From the NCBI GenBank assembly GCA_964460215.1, contig CAYWQM010000015.1:1-63032 (forward strand): a DNA stretch of 63,032 bases. The letters are read 5' to 3'. Shown here piece after piece: positions 1 to 9,530 of this stretch. A program made the position numbers and the translations under genes. Source of the DNA: an uncultured Lentisphaerales bacterium. GTDB lineage: Bacteria; Verrucomicrobiota; Lentisphaeria; JABSQK01; CAJWLW01. Each line of letters opens with the position of its first letter. Position 1 is the stretch's first letter. A model generated the notes under the pieces. It made no database searches. It saw nothing but the letters and a program-made list of their open reading frames with translations, and was not told the origin of the DNA.

Positions 1-252
1 ACACCGAAACAAAGAAGCGGCCGAACCGTGTTGCCGCAGTCAACAGTGCTCGGCGCAACAGCGCTCGAGAATTTGCCTGGAATTTCTTGACAAGAATGTC
101 TATGCCATTCGGTTCTTGCCTTGGCCGCAAGGTCGATAACCACATGATAAAACAACAAAAAAAACAGGCATGAGTGTGCGTCACTGGACTTGAAAAGGCT
201 GTTCGCACTCAGGCTAATGGCAAAGCTGGAGCCGTGGAACCGTGTAGGAGCC

Positions 253-1158
253 TTAGATTAAAGCGTCACCGGCGTGGGCAGCGGCATAGGCATCGAGGTA
301 AGCCAAAAAAACTTTTTCCACCTGGCGGGTGATTTTACCCCCGCCCTCGGGGAACTTCAGCACGGTCCCGTCTTCAAGCCGCAGTGACGCGCACGGCATT
401 ACGTCGCGGGTTGCGCTGGTGACAAAACATTCAGTCGCATCGTATAAGTCGTTGGCGTGAATGTCGATCTCCCGGCTCTCCAGTCCGAACTCTTGCAGAG
501 CACGATGGATGTGTTTTTTGGTCAAGCCTTTCAGGTTGCCCGATGCCGGGGTGACGAGCTGCTCGCCGATGACAAACCAGGCGTTACTGTTTGCCGCTTC
601 CGTTACAAGGCCTTCCGGGCTAAGGATGATGCAGTCATCGGCACCGAGTTGCCGGGCCTGGGTAATCGCCAGGATGTTGTTCAGGTAATTGCCGCCCTTG
701 ATGTTCGGGTCCAGCGCGTTAACGGGGTTTCGCCGTATCGATGGCACTGCCATATCCATGCCACGGGAATAGAATTCCGGGTTGCGCGCCGGCAGCGTGC
801 TGACGATGATCACATAACGAGTTTTTAGTTCCGGGTTTGGATACAGGTCTACGGGACCCTCGCCTCGAGTGATCTGGTAACGTACATAAATATCATCCTC
901 ACGATGCGCCCCTGTTGCCTGGACGGTATGCCGGATTTCACTGATCAGTTCTTCCCGGCTCTGCGTGATGGCCATGCCGATCAGGGCCGCAGAGTTCTCG
1001 AGCCGCTCGAAATGATCTGCCATGAAAACAGGCACACCCCGATAGGTGCGGAAAACCTCGTAGACTGAGTCCCCGTATAAAAAACCACGGTCCATGGCGG
1101 GAATCGTCGCCTCTTCCATCGGTGTGATTTTCCCATCCACATTGATCATCGGATTCAT
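253..1158 (-). CDS. PLP-dependent aminotransferase class IV (D-amino acid / branched-chain aminotransferase / ADC lyase family)
   Basis: Motifs DRGFLYGDSVYE, HFERLENSA, NIKGGNYL (catalytic Lys), EAANSN, GLTK, ECFVTSAT. Start ATG 1158 preferred over TTG 1170. Confidence 0.9.
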   Translation of the reverse strand: MNPMINVDGKITPMEEATIPAMDRGFLYGDSVYEVFRTYRGVPVFMADHFERLENSAALIGMAITQSREELISEIRHTVQATGAHREDDIYVRYQITRGEGPVDLYPNPELKTRYVIIVSTLPARNPEFYSRGMDMAVPSIRRNPVNALDPNIKGGNYLNNILAITQARQLGADDCIILSPEGLVTEAANSNAWFVIGEQLVTPASGNLKGLTKKHIHRALQEFGLESREIDIHANDLYDATECFVTSATRDVMPCASLRLEDGTVLKFPEGGGKITRQVEKVFLAYLDAYAAAHAGDALI

Positions 1159-1214
1159 ATCAGCTGGCAAACCCTGGTTGGAACTGGTTCATGTGCGTGT
1201 TTTGCAGGCCGGCA

Positions 1215-1320
1215 CCTGCTGCGGGCAACGGACCTCACCGCTGCGCCGGAGAAGGTCTGACTTCCAACTGTCCGGTCGCGCTATATGAGAGGCGGTTGCC
1301 ACGTCCATCCGGGATACAGG
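1215..1320 (-). ncRNA. Candidate structured RNA (long interrupted rod) directly 3' of tRNA-Ser; family unassigned
   Basis: Nested complementary blocks (+ coordinates): CCTG1215/CAGG1317, GGCAAC1224/GTTGCC1295, CCTC1233/GAGG1289, GCGCCGGA1243/TCCGG..GCGC1271, GAAG1251/CTTC1261. Confidence 0.3.
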
Positions 1321-1323
1321 TAT

Positions 1324-1414
<91 letters not shown>

Positions 1415-1451
1415 AGTAGCCCGTAATTACGTTAATAAGACGGGCTGGGAA

Positions 1452-1481
1452 ACTATACAGCGGAAAATGTGAAACGCGCAA
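1452..1481 (-). promoter_or_regulatory. Putative sigma70 promoter of tRNA-Ser
   Basis: TTGCGC-N18-TATAGT on the minus strand, about 40 nt upstream of the tRNA. Confidence 0.5.
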
Positions 1482-1705
1482 CAAACTGACAGAATGCGGA
1501 ACTTCCATAAGACGGAAAGGGAACACTCCAACCCCCTGTGATTGCCGTCGGGCTTGCAACCTGAGTGGCGGCGGTTGCAAATTTATTGATCACGGGCGAA
1601 GGTAGCAGCACCAGCGACAAGAATGGTGCATGGCCCCCGTCTCGCCTCAACCTGGCAGGCGGATCGTGGTACATGTCCGCTTTTCAACTAATTGGAGAGG
1701 GAATA

Positions 1706-3577
1706 ATGCCGACCACTGACCGAGCGCCCACTTCTCGGTATAGTGTTCTGATCGTTGACGACGAGCCGGCAATTCGCGACAGCCTCGAAATGCTCACTGC
1801 CGCGGAGTATCAGGTCCACGCCGCCTGTTCGGTGCGCGGTGCATTGGATGCGATGAGCGATTTCATGCCGGATGTCATTCTGCTTGACCTGTGCATGCTT
1901 GAGACCAATGGCATCGAAGGACTGCGCCAGATCCGGCAATGCGATGCGGATGTATCTGTGGTGATTATTTCCGGATACGGCAGCGACGAGATGATCCAGG
2001 AAGCGATGCGCAGCGGTGCCACCGACTACATCGGCAAGCCGTTCGACCTCGCTGAATTTCGCGAAAAGATCGAGATCAATGTCGAGAAGACACAGCGTAT
2101 GCGTCGGCGTCACTCTGCCGGTGAGCCGCCGGCTGATCGGCACGTGGCGTCGCGACAGGTTGCAGGCGCCGATGACGTGGCGCTGCTGCCTGAGCTTGGC
2201 CGTGAGTTGTGCCACGACCTGGCGAACAACCTCACGACCGTCAAGGTCCCCATGCAGGTGATCGCCGAGTTCATGGAGAAGCAGGGCGGCGGTGAAACTG
2301 TCGACGGGCTGCAGAAGTTGCTTAATTCCGGCCTTGAACAGCTCGATCGCTGTCTCGAGATTATCGAGAAGTTCGATGCCAAAAACAGCGTTATCGGCGA
2401 ATCGCGACGCACGCGCGTGGCGCTCGACGAGGTCCTCAATGATGTCCTCGAGGTCAGCCGCCTCAAGATTAGGGAGAGCCGGGTAGCCGTCGAGTTGACG
2501 GCGCATCTCCAGGCGTGCACCATCGAAGGTGATCGCATCCAGCTTTTCAGGGCCTTGAACAATATCGCGGTCAATGCGCTCGAGGCCATGCAGGAAACCG
2601 GCGGCAACCTCGAAATCAGCTGCAACGCCAAGGGCAAGTTCTCAGAAGTAAGGATTGCCGATGACGGGCCCGGGATACCGGCGGACCGGCTATCGAAGAT
2701 TTTTAAGTCGCAGTATACCACCAAGGAGCGCTCGCCTGCCGGTCTCGGACTGAGTATTGCCAAGCGGGTGATTGACGATCACGAGGGTGATATACAGGTG
2801 AGCAGTGTCGCTGGCAAGGGCACGACGTTTACGATTCAGCTCCCGGGAGCGCCCACCGGCAAGCTGAGCGCCATGGAGCCAGCCGCCATCGCCTGTTCAA
2901 AGGTTGCCGTTCTCTACGTGGACGACGAAGAGAAGCCGCTGAAAGAGTTCAAGGAGATGCTCGGCGAGGAATGCCCGGTGCTGACGGCAGCGTCGGGGCG
3001 TGACGGTTTACAGCTGTTACAGGACAATGAGGATGTTGGCGTCGTCATTGTCGATCAGCAGATGCCCGAAGAGGGCGGTGCCGAGCTGCTTGAAAAATGT
3101 CGACTGCTGCGCCCCGATGTCGTCCGCATTCTTGCGACAGGCTACTCCGATATCGAGATCATTATTGAAGCGGTGAACGCCAGACGGGTCTATCACTGCG
3201 TTGCCAAGCCCTGGGACCTGCCGCAACTCAAGCGCACGCTGTTGCAGGCACGACAGCATTTCGTCGATATCGCAGAAAACGGTGACTGCGCCGAACGCTC
3301 GACGCAACTCTATCACGATTTGTTGATTGCGAGCCTGCACCGGGCGCTGCAGTCGATCACGATGACCATGAACCATCAAATCAACAACTCGATGGTGCCG
3401 ATCAAGCTTTTTTTCGATTTGCTGCCGGGTAAGCTCAAGGAAGCGGGGATAGATATCGATGCGCTCGCAGATAACGCGTTTTGGCAGGATCTGCATAAGA
3501 ACGCGCAGAACGAGATGCTCAGAATTTCTGATAACCTGCGTGACCTGCGCAATGCCATTCAGTTGCCGAAGTCGTGA
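1706..3577 (+). CDS. Cytoplasmic hybrid sensor kinase/response regulator (REC-HisKA-HATPase-REC-HisKA-like tail)
   Basis: REC motifs VLIVDDE/LLDLCM/YIGKPF; H-box CHDLANNL; N box NIAVNALEAM; G boxes DDGPGI and GLGLSIA; second REC YVDDEE/VDQQMP/AKPWD. RBS GGAGAGG before ATG 1706. Confidence 0.88.
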   Translation: MPTTDRAPTSRYSVLIVDDEPAIRDSLEMLTAAEYQVHAACSVRGALDAMSDFMPDVILLDLCMLETNGIEGLRQIRQCDADVSVVIISGYGSDEMIQEAMRSGATDYIGKPFDLAEFREKIEINVEKTQRMRRRHSAGEPPADRHVASRQVAGADDVALLPELGRELCHDLANNLTTVKVPMQVIAEFMEKQGGGETVDGLQKLLNSGLEQLDRCLEIIEKFDAKNSVIGESRRTRVALDEVLNDVLEVSRLKIRESRVAVELTAHLQACTIEGDRIQLFRALNNIAVNALEAMQETGGNLEISCNAKGKFSEVRIADDGPGIPADRLSKIFKSQYTTKERSPAGLGLSIAKRVIDDHEGDIQVSSVAGKGTTFTIQLPGAPTGKLSAMEPAAIACSKVAVLYVDDEEKPLKEFKEMLGEECPVLTAASGRDGLQLLQDNEDVGVVIVDQQMPEEGGAELLEKCRLLRPDVVRILATGYSDIEIIIEAVNARRVYHCVAKPWDLPQLKRTLLQARQHFVDIAENGDCAERSTQLYHDLLIASLHRALQSITMTMNHQINNSMVPIKLFFDLLPGKLKEAGIDIDALADNAFWQDLHKNAQNEMLRISDNLRDLRNAIQLPKS

Positions 3578-4030
3578 ATATTAGGATTATGCTGATGGCT
3601 GGAGCCAGCATGCTCTTTTGCCATCTTGATCCTCGACAAGGCTGCCGCTGAAGTCGCGGGCTGCGCCGCAATGCCCCCGCAGTGCGATATTCGCGGAAGC
3701 TCTCGATTTCGGGGAGCCGGTGTAACCAGTCCGCAAGCCGTGCCCTGAATTGGCAAATCCATGCAAAGCCCTGGATCGGAGAGACCCGGCAGGTGCTTGA
3801 TTTTCGTGACGTGACAGTCCACCTTATATCCTCGTACCCCAGCACATATGCCCCCCCGATTCGGATAAACAGGTGCTGTTTCCAGGGGGCGTGCGTACGA
3901 CATTCGTGGACACGCGGGCGAACTCTACCGATGAACAGACAGTGCCAACGCGTATTTACCCTGACAGGACTTCCCGTGTCCATTGCAACTGCCGCAACCC
4001 ACTAACAGCATACCGTTGCCCTGATTGGCC

Positions 4031-5440
4031 ATGAACACATCCGTTATAACTATGCCTTCCCTGGTCATTGTCGGGCGCCCGAACGTCGGTAAATCCGCCC
4101 TGTTCAACCGCGTTATGCAACGGCGCATCACCATCGTTCACGAGCAACCCGGAGTGACCCGCGATCGCGTCACTGCAGTAGGCGATTGGTGCGGCAAACA
4201 CTTTCGGCTCGTCGATACAGGCGGGCTCAATGTCTTTCGCGGTGGGCATAAGGCGGACGGCGTCTTTGACGAGATGATTCGCGAGCAGTTGGAAGAGGCC
4301 GTGGTCGATGCCGACTTGATCATTTTTGTCGTTGATGCCATTGCGGGCCTCATGCCACTCGACCGTGAGGTGGCCGGATGGCTGCGCCAGCTTGGCAAGC
4401 CGGTGGTCGTCGCCGCCAACAAGGCCGACAACGACAAGATCGCCGTCGGGGCCGGGGAGTTTGCAGAAACCGGGTTCACCGATATCTATCCGATCTCCTG
4501 CCTGCATGGTCGGGGGGTCGCCGACCTGCTGGATCATGCAACTGCTGACTTCGCAATGAACGAGCCCGAGCCCGACGAGGTGCCGGCGATCAACATTGCG
4601 CTGGTCGGTCGGCCAAACGTCGGCAAGTCGTCGACAGTCAACCGCCTGCTCGGCGAGAATCGAGTCATTGTCAGCGAGGTGCCCGGCACCACCCGTGATG
4701 CCGTCGATATCCCCTTCGAGATCGAGCTGCACGGAGCCAGGGTCAAGGCGAACCTGATTGATACTGCCGGTATCAAAAAGCGTACGAAGACCAGTTCAGT
4801 CGTTGAGTTTTTCGGCCTGGCACGGGCACGTAGCGCTATTCGCCGCGCCGATATTGTCCTGGTGTTGATCGATGCCACGGAACCGGGGACGGCGCAGGAT
4901 AAGCGCATCTGCCGACTGGTTCTCGATGAGGGCAAGCCGTGTGTGCTTCTGGCCAACAAATGGGACCTTGCCGGTAAGGAGGTCAAGCAGAAAGAGCTCT
5001 TCGAAAGCATCGCCTGGGAAATCCCTTTCCTCGATTACGCGCCGATCCTGACTTGTTGCGCTATCAGCGGCTATAATTTTGGTGAGATCCTGCCGTCCAT
5101 CATCACGATTCACGAGCAGATGGGGATCGATATCCCGACGCCGCTGGTCAATCGTGTGGTTCAGGACCTGGTGGCGCGTGTACCCCCGCCCTCCGGCGGC
5201 GTTACACGACTGAAGATTTATTACGGCACCTACAAGTCGCAACGGCCGCCGACCTTCATACTCTTCGTGAACGACGTCAAGAGTTGCCGGGGCAATTATG
5301 TCGCCTTCCTGAAGAACCAGTTCCGTCGCGCCTTCGGCCTCGACGGGTTGCCGATTTTTATCGAGTTCCGGGAACGCCGACGTGGCGAGTTCCACAATGC
5401 GCCAGACAAGAAGCGTGGCAAGAGTATTGCCTCGAAGTGA
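4031..5440 (+). CDS. der: Ribosome biogenesis GTPase Der (EngA)
   Basis: Two tandem G domains (GRPNVGKS x2, DTGG/DTAG, NKAD/NKWD) and a C-terminal KH-like domain. Start 4031 or 4052. Confidence 0.97.
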   Translation: MNTSVITMPSLVIVGRPNVGKSALFNRVMQRRITIVHEQPGVTRDRVTAVGDWCGKHFRLVDTGGLNVFRGGHKADGVFDEMIREQLEEAVVDADLIIFVVDAIAGLMPLDREVAGWLRQLGKPVVVAANKADNDKIAVGAGEFAETGFTDIYPISCLHGRGVADLLDHATADFAMNEPEPDEVPAINIALVGRPNVGKSSTVNRLLGENRVIVSEVPGTTRDAVDIPFEIELHGARVKANLIDTAGIKKRTKTSSVVEFFGLARARSAIRRADIVLVLIDATEPGTAQDKRICRLVLDEGKPCVLLANKWDLAGKEVKQKELFESIAWEIPFLDYAPILTCCAISGYNFGEILPSIITIHEQMGIDIPTPLVNRVVQDLVARVPPPSGGVTRLKIYYGTYKSQRPPTFILFVNDVKSCRGNYVAFLKNQFRRAFGLDGLPIFIEFRERRRGEFHNAPDKKRGKSIASK

Positions 5441-5619
5441 ACGGCGATGAATCACGACAGGTTGCGTCTGTCGAATCCGCGAATTCGCGCCTGCTTCTGC
5501 CAGTTCTGGCCCGGTTGTCACGTTTTTATGGAAGAGGCATCCCGGGAGCAGACGGCAACAGGATTGGGAGCGAACGGACGCGTAGACAGTTTTCACATCA
5601 TCCAACAGCGTTTTTGTAA

Positions 5620-6201
5620 GTGATCGACATTGAAATTATTCTTGCCTCACGTTCGCAACGGCGGCTGGACCTGCTGACTGCTGCTGGCATTTCCTGCCGG
5701 ACAGTGGCCGCGGATATCGAGGAAACCGTCCTGCCCGACGAACGGCCCGAGGCTCTTGTCTGCCGTCTCGCCCGGCTCAAGGCCGTGGCTGTTGCACCGC
5801 AGTTTCCCAGTGACATCGTCCTCGGCTCGGACACCATCGTTTACCAGGAACCCGATGTGTTGGGGAAGCCCGCCGACTACGCGCAGGCAAGTGAGTTTCT
5901 CGCCAGGCTCAGCGGCAAGACGCATCAGGTCTATACCGGTGTCTGTCTGTACCGGGAAAATCCTCATTTACTCGATATCTGGTACGCCTGTACCGACGTC
6001 ACATTCAGATCACTCACTGCGGACGATGTCGAAAGCTATCTCGCCTGCACGCAGCCGCTCGATAAAGCCGGTGGCTATGGTATCCAGGATCAAGGCGATC
6101 TGATCATCGAGAAAATTCGTGGACTCCGCAGCAACGTCGTCGGGTTGCCGATCGAAGAAGTCACCGAACGCCTCGCCGGACACATCGACACCGATGCTTG
6201 A
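5620..6201 (+). CDS. maf: Maf family nucleoside-triphosphate pyrophosphatase
   Basis: ILASRSQRR, LGSDTIV, GKP, DKAGGYGIQ, NVVGLP. Confidence 0.94.
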   Translation: MIDIEIILASRSQRRLDLLTAAGISCRTVAADIEETVLPDERPEALVCRLARLKAVAVAPQFPSDIVLGSDTIVYQEPDVLGKPADYAQASEFLARLSGKTHQVYTGVCLYRENPHLLDIWYACTDVTFRSLTADDVESYLACTQPLDKAGGYGIQDQGDLIIEKIRGLRSNVVGLPIEEVTERLAGHIDTDA

Positions 6202-7444
6202 ATTCAGCGACAGGCCCTATGTTTTCGTGCCGCCGAAGATGAATAGGCTGTTATTGGCGCTGATGCGCCAGTACAACCTGCGGCGCTTGCTGCCAAGCCC
6301 GGCAAAGCGCATGTCCCGCATCATCGTGACAAATCCTGAAGTGCTGCATGCCGTGCGGTCGACGGCCGGGAACCATCTGCTCTTTCTCCCGAATCACTCG
6401 ACCCACTGCGATCCGGAGATCATGATCGAGTGCCAGCGGCAGCTTGGTGTCAGGTCCTTATTCATGGCAGCCTATGACATTTTCCTGCGCAGCCGACTGG
6501 AGGCCTGGATCATTCAGCATTGCGGCGTTTTCTCGGTCGATCGCGACGGCAGTGATCGCCGCGCCATAGCTGCTGCCATGGAAACGTTGACGGCCGGACG
6601 CTTTGCTCTGACTATTTTTCCGGAAGGCAACGTACAGTTTACCAATGACAACGTGGAAGCCTTCCTGCAAGGTGCTGCCTTCATCGCCTTGAAGGCAGCG
6701 AAGTCCCTTGATGGGGCGGGCGATATTCATGCTGTACCGGTATCGATCAAGGCGACACACGTCACCGATGCGCGACCGGCGATTTGCCGGCGGCTCGCTG
6801 AAATTGCCGTGACTGCAGGCACTGGGTTTGACCGGGATCGGGACTTTCAGGACGAGCTGCGTCGCATCGGCATGATCGTTCTCCGTCGGGAACTCGAGCA
6901 GCATGATTATCCACTGCCGGAAGGGCCCATCGATGATCTCGGAACGGTGCTTCGCGAGGTCACAACAACGATCGTTGAGGCACTGGAAACTGCTATTTCG
7001 CGGCCGCCGAAGCCGCGCGATACGCTGGTCGACCGGATTCGTGCCATCCGCCGGTTCGTGCATGAGTGTTTGCTTGACCCGGGCCTGGCCGATCAGCACG
7101 CGCAAGCGCATGTGTGGGCGCGACAGGCTATGCTGGCGTTCCGGGTGTCGAGCTACAGCGGTGACTATGTCGCGACGAAACCGACTGTCGATCGGGTCGG
7201 GGAGACGGTCGAGAAGCTCACGGAGGACCAGACTTCGACGATGCCGCCGGCGTATGCCGAGCGACATGCGTACGTCCGCCTGGGCACTCCCGTACCTTTA
7301 TCCGCATATCGTACGGCGTTTGAGGAGAGCCCCAGACAGGCAGTCCAGGCGCTGACGGACGAGTGGGAGGCAATGGTGCAGGCGGGACTCGATGCGTTGA
7401 ATGCAGAGCTGCAGACACCTGGTGCAGAGCTGTTCAGTCAATGA
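6194..7444 (+). CDS. PlsC-family glycerolipid acyltransferase
   Basis: PNHSTHCD (HX4D), FSVDR, IFPEG. ATG overlaps the end of maf. Confidence 0.85.
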   Translation: MLEFSDRPYVFVPPKMNRLLLALMRQYNLRRLLPSPAKRMSRIIVTNPEVLHAVRSTAGNHLLFLPNHSTHCDPEIMIECQRQLGVRSLFMAAYDIFLRSRLEAWIIQHCGVFSVDRDGSDRRAIAAAMETLTAGRFALTIFPEGNVQFTNDNVEAFLQGAAFIALKAAKSLDGAGDIHAVPVSIKATHVTDARPAICRRLAEIAVTAGTGFDRDRDFQDELRRIGMIVLRRELEQHDYPLPEGPIDDLGTVLREVTTTIVEALETAISRPPKPRDTLVDRIRAIRRFVHECLLDPGLADQHAQAHVWARQAMLAFRVSSYSGDYVATKPTVDRVGETVEKLTEDQTSTMPPAYAERHAYVRLGTPVPLSAYRTAFEESPRQAVQALTDEWEAMVQAGLDALNAELQTPGAELFSQ

Positions 7445-7883
7445 CTTTCGTCTGTGGCTCGGGGCTTATGCCCGGTGGGCGGAGACGTCTGGACGTGCTC
7501 TGGTTCGGGTCGAGGAGGAAGTTCGCTTTCTCGGCGAACACCGTGATCTGGAATTGCGTCCGAATGACCATGTCATGAAAGTTTTGTCGCAGATCCTTTA
7601 ACGTTTCGCGGTCGGTCTCGCTGCCGGCGATGCCGAGCAATGCTGCCTGGCTATGCTTCTGGCGCAGTCCGCTGATGTAGTCGTAGTCCTGACCGAGAGT
7701 CGGTATGTCGACAATCACCAGATTGAACGGCTCACTTTCGGAGTCGAGGATCTCATCCGCTTCGCTGGTGCCGGCAGCAGTGACAATCTCGTGGCCCTGA
7801 CTCGTCAGTACGTGCGCATAGAAGTTCCGAAGGTCCGCGTCTTTGTCGATTACCAAAATTCGATGGATGACTGGTTCAGCCAT
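7434..7883 (-). CDS. Atypical response-regulator receiver domain protein
   Basis: RILVIDKDADLR...NLVIVDI; lacks the conserved Lys-Pro motif. RBS GGGAG before ATG 7883. Confidence 0.6.
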   Translation of the reverse strand: MAEPVIHRILVIDKDADLRNFYAHVLTSQGHEIVTAAGTSEADEILDSESEPFNLVIVDIPTLGQDYDYISGLRQKHSQAALLGIAGSETDRETLKDLRQNFHDMVIRTQFQITVFAEKANFLLDPNQSTSRRLRPPGISPEPQTKVID

Positions 7884-7956
7884 GTACTGATACTCCCGCC
7901 CGGTGAACACATGCAGGCCTACTATAACAGTCGCCCGGGGGCTGTGAACAATAAGG

Positions 7957-9078
7957 TCAGTTCAGCCAGAGCTTGGTGGCCAGGTCCCCGACGAAATAGC
8001 CGATGACGGCAACGCCCAATCCGACCACGAACATGTCGAAACCGCTGCGCCAGAGGCCGCGGCCAGTGAAAAAACTGCGGGCAGCACCGACGACGAAATG
8101 TGATATCATAGCCAGTGTAAATGACAACCAGATTGCCGCACTGCCCTGGAACATGAAAAAAGGTGCAACCGGAATAATTGCACCGATGGCCGTTGCCAGG
8201 CCAGTGATCCAGCCTTCGCGAATAGGCGTTCCGTATTCGTCGCCGAGGCGTAATTCCTCGCGGATCATTTCCTCCAGCGCCTTTTCGGGGGAGGCCATGA
8301 TTTCGGAAGCGATCTGCTTTGCTCTTTCGGGCAGGACGCCGCGGCTTTCATACATGAGTGCCAGCTCTTCCTCCTCTGCCTCGGGCATCAGTTCGATCTC
8401 TTCTTTTTCCATGGCGATTTCGTGCATACGCACTTCCTGCGTACTCTTTGCTGCAAGATAGCTGGAAGAGCCCATGGAAAGGGCGTCCGCGATGGTGCCG
8501 GCGAGACCGGTCAGCAGGATATAGTTTGGATTGAGATCGGCGGCAAGGACGCCAGCGATCAGCCCGGCGATCAACCCGAAGTTGGCGGTCAGCCCGTCGT
8601 TGAACCCATAAACAACATTGGCCAGGGTGCCGGTAGAATCGATCCGGTGCCATGGTTCGCCTTCAACCCCGGCGATTTTTGCCAGTGCATCGGCGTGCTT
8701 GGCGGAGTCGCGGGCCAGTTCCAGTGCCGTGTCTGCGGCTTCTCCGGGGTCGGTTCGGGCGTGCATGTTGAGGTAGATGCGTACCTCCTGGCCTTCCTCA
8801 TGCAACAGCAGTTTGATGATGCTGCCAGGCCCGAATCGCCGGGCCCACCAGGCCAGTATGCGACTTCGTAAAGTCGGGGCCGGTGGCGGTAGGTGGACGT
8901 TTTTCTCGGCCAGTAGTCGGGCCCAGATCGCGGTATGACGCTCCTCCATATCCGCCAGGCGGGTATACAATCCCTTTTTCTCGGGATCGCCCTCGACGTC
9001 TGCCAGTGTGCGGTACAGAAACTCGGCGTCGGCTTCGTCCTGCCAATGATGGCGCCATTCTCGGAGATCATCTGCCAT
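7957..9078 (-). CDS. Rubrerythrin/ferritin-like + VIT1/CCC1 iron transporter (MbfA-like)
   Basis: N-terminal E..EERH..E..KH di-iron-type helices; VIT1 motifs VYGFNDGL, ADALSMG, EEEELA. Confidence 0.88.
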   Translation of the reverse strand: MADDLREWRHHWQDEADAEFLYRTLADVEGDPEKKGLYTRLADMEERHTAIWARLLAEKNVHLPPPAPTLRSRILAWWARRFGPGSIIKLLLHEEGQEVRIYLNMHARTDPGEAADTALELARDSAKHADALAKIAGVEGEPWHRIDSTGTLANVVYGFNDGLTANFGLIAGLIAGVLAADLNPNYILLTGLAGTIADALSMGSSSYLAAKSTQEVRMHEIAMEKEEIELMPEAEEEELALMYESRGVLPERAKQIASEIMASPEKALEEMIREELRLGDEYGTPIREGWITGLATAIGAIIPVAPFFMFQGSAAIWLSFTLAMISHFVVGAARSFFTGRGLWRSGFDMFVVGLGVAVIGYFVGDLATKLWLN

Positions 9079-9530
9079 CAGTCAGTCCACCGTTTTTTGA
9101 AGCAGTATCTGCGCTGGTTATTTGACGAAACCCGTTGGTGCAAGTCCGCAACGGTTGGTCCGGTACAACACTCGCGACGGGGTGCTGATAACAACACGGC
9201 TTGCCTTGCCATCGAGTACCTCGCAAATTGTCCTTGTTCGATCCGTTGCGCGCTGAATGCTGCGTGACGCCGAACAATTCCCCATTTTTTTTGACGCCAT
9301 GAGAGTCCGTGCGCCATAATAGAAACCGGGATCAATCTACGGTGCGTTACGGAGTTCGCAAATTAAGCGCCCGCGATTGGAGATAGTCCATTGGATACGG
9401 AAAGGCAATGACCGCCGTTGTTGGCTCGGTAAGTTGTGAGTCGTTATGGGCGTGCACACCGTGTGCTTCGGGGAATTGGGTAATTGTAAAACCGGGCTAT
9501 GATGCTCGGCAAGCGGGGATATTCTGAGGG

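Noticed and set aside
3580-4030. Possible gene or ncRNA between the kinase and der
   Set aside because: The short ORFs lack recognisable motifs and I found no convincing structure; I cannot support a call.
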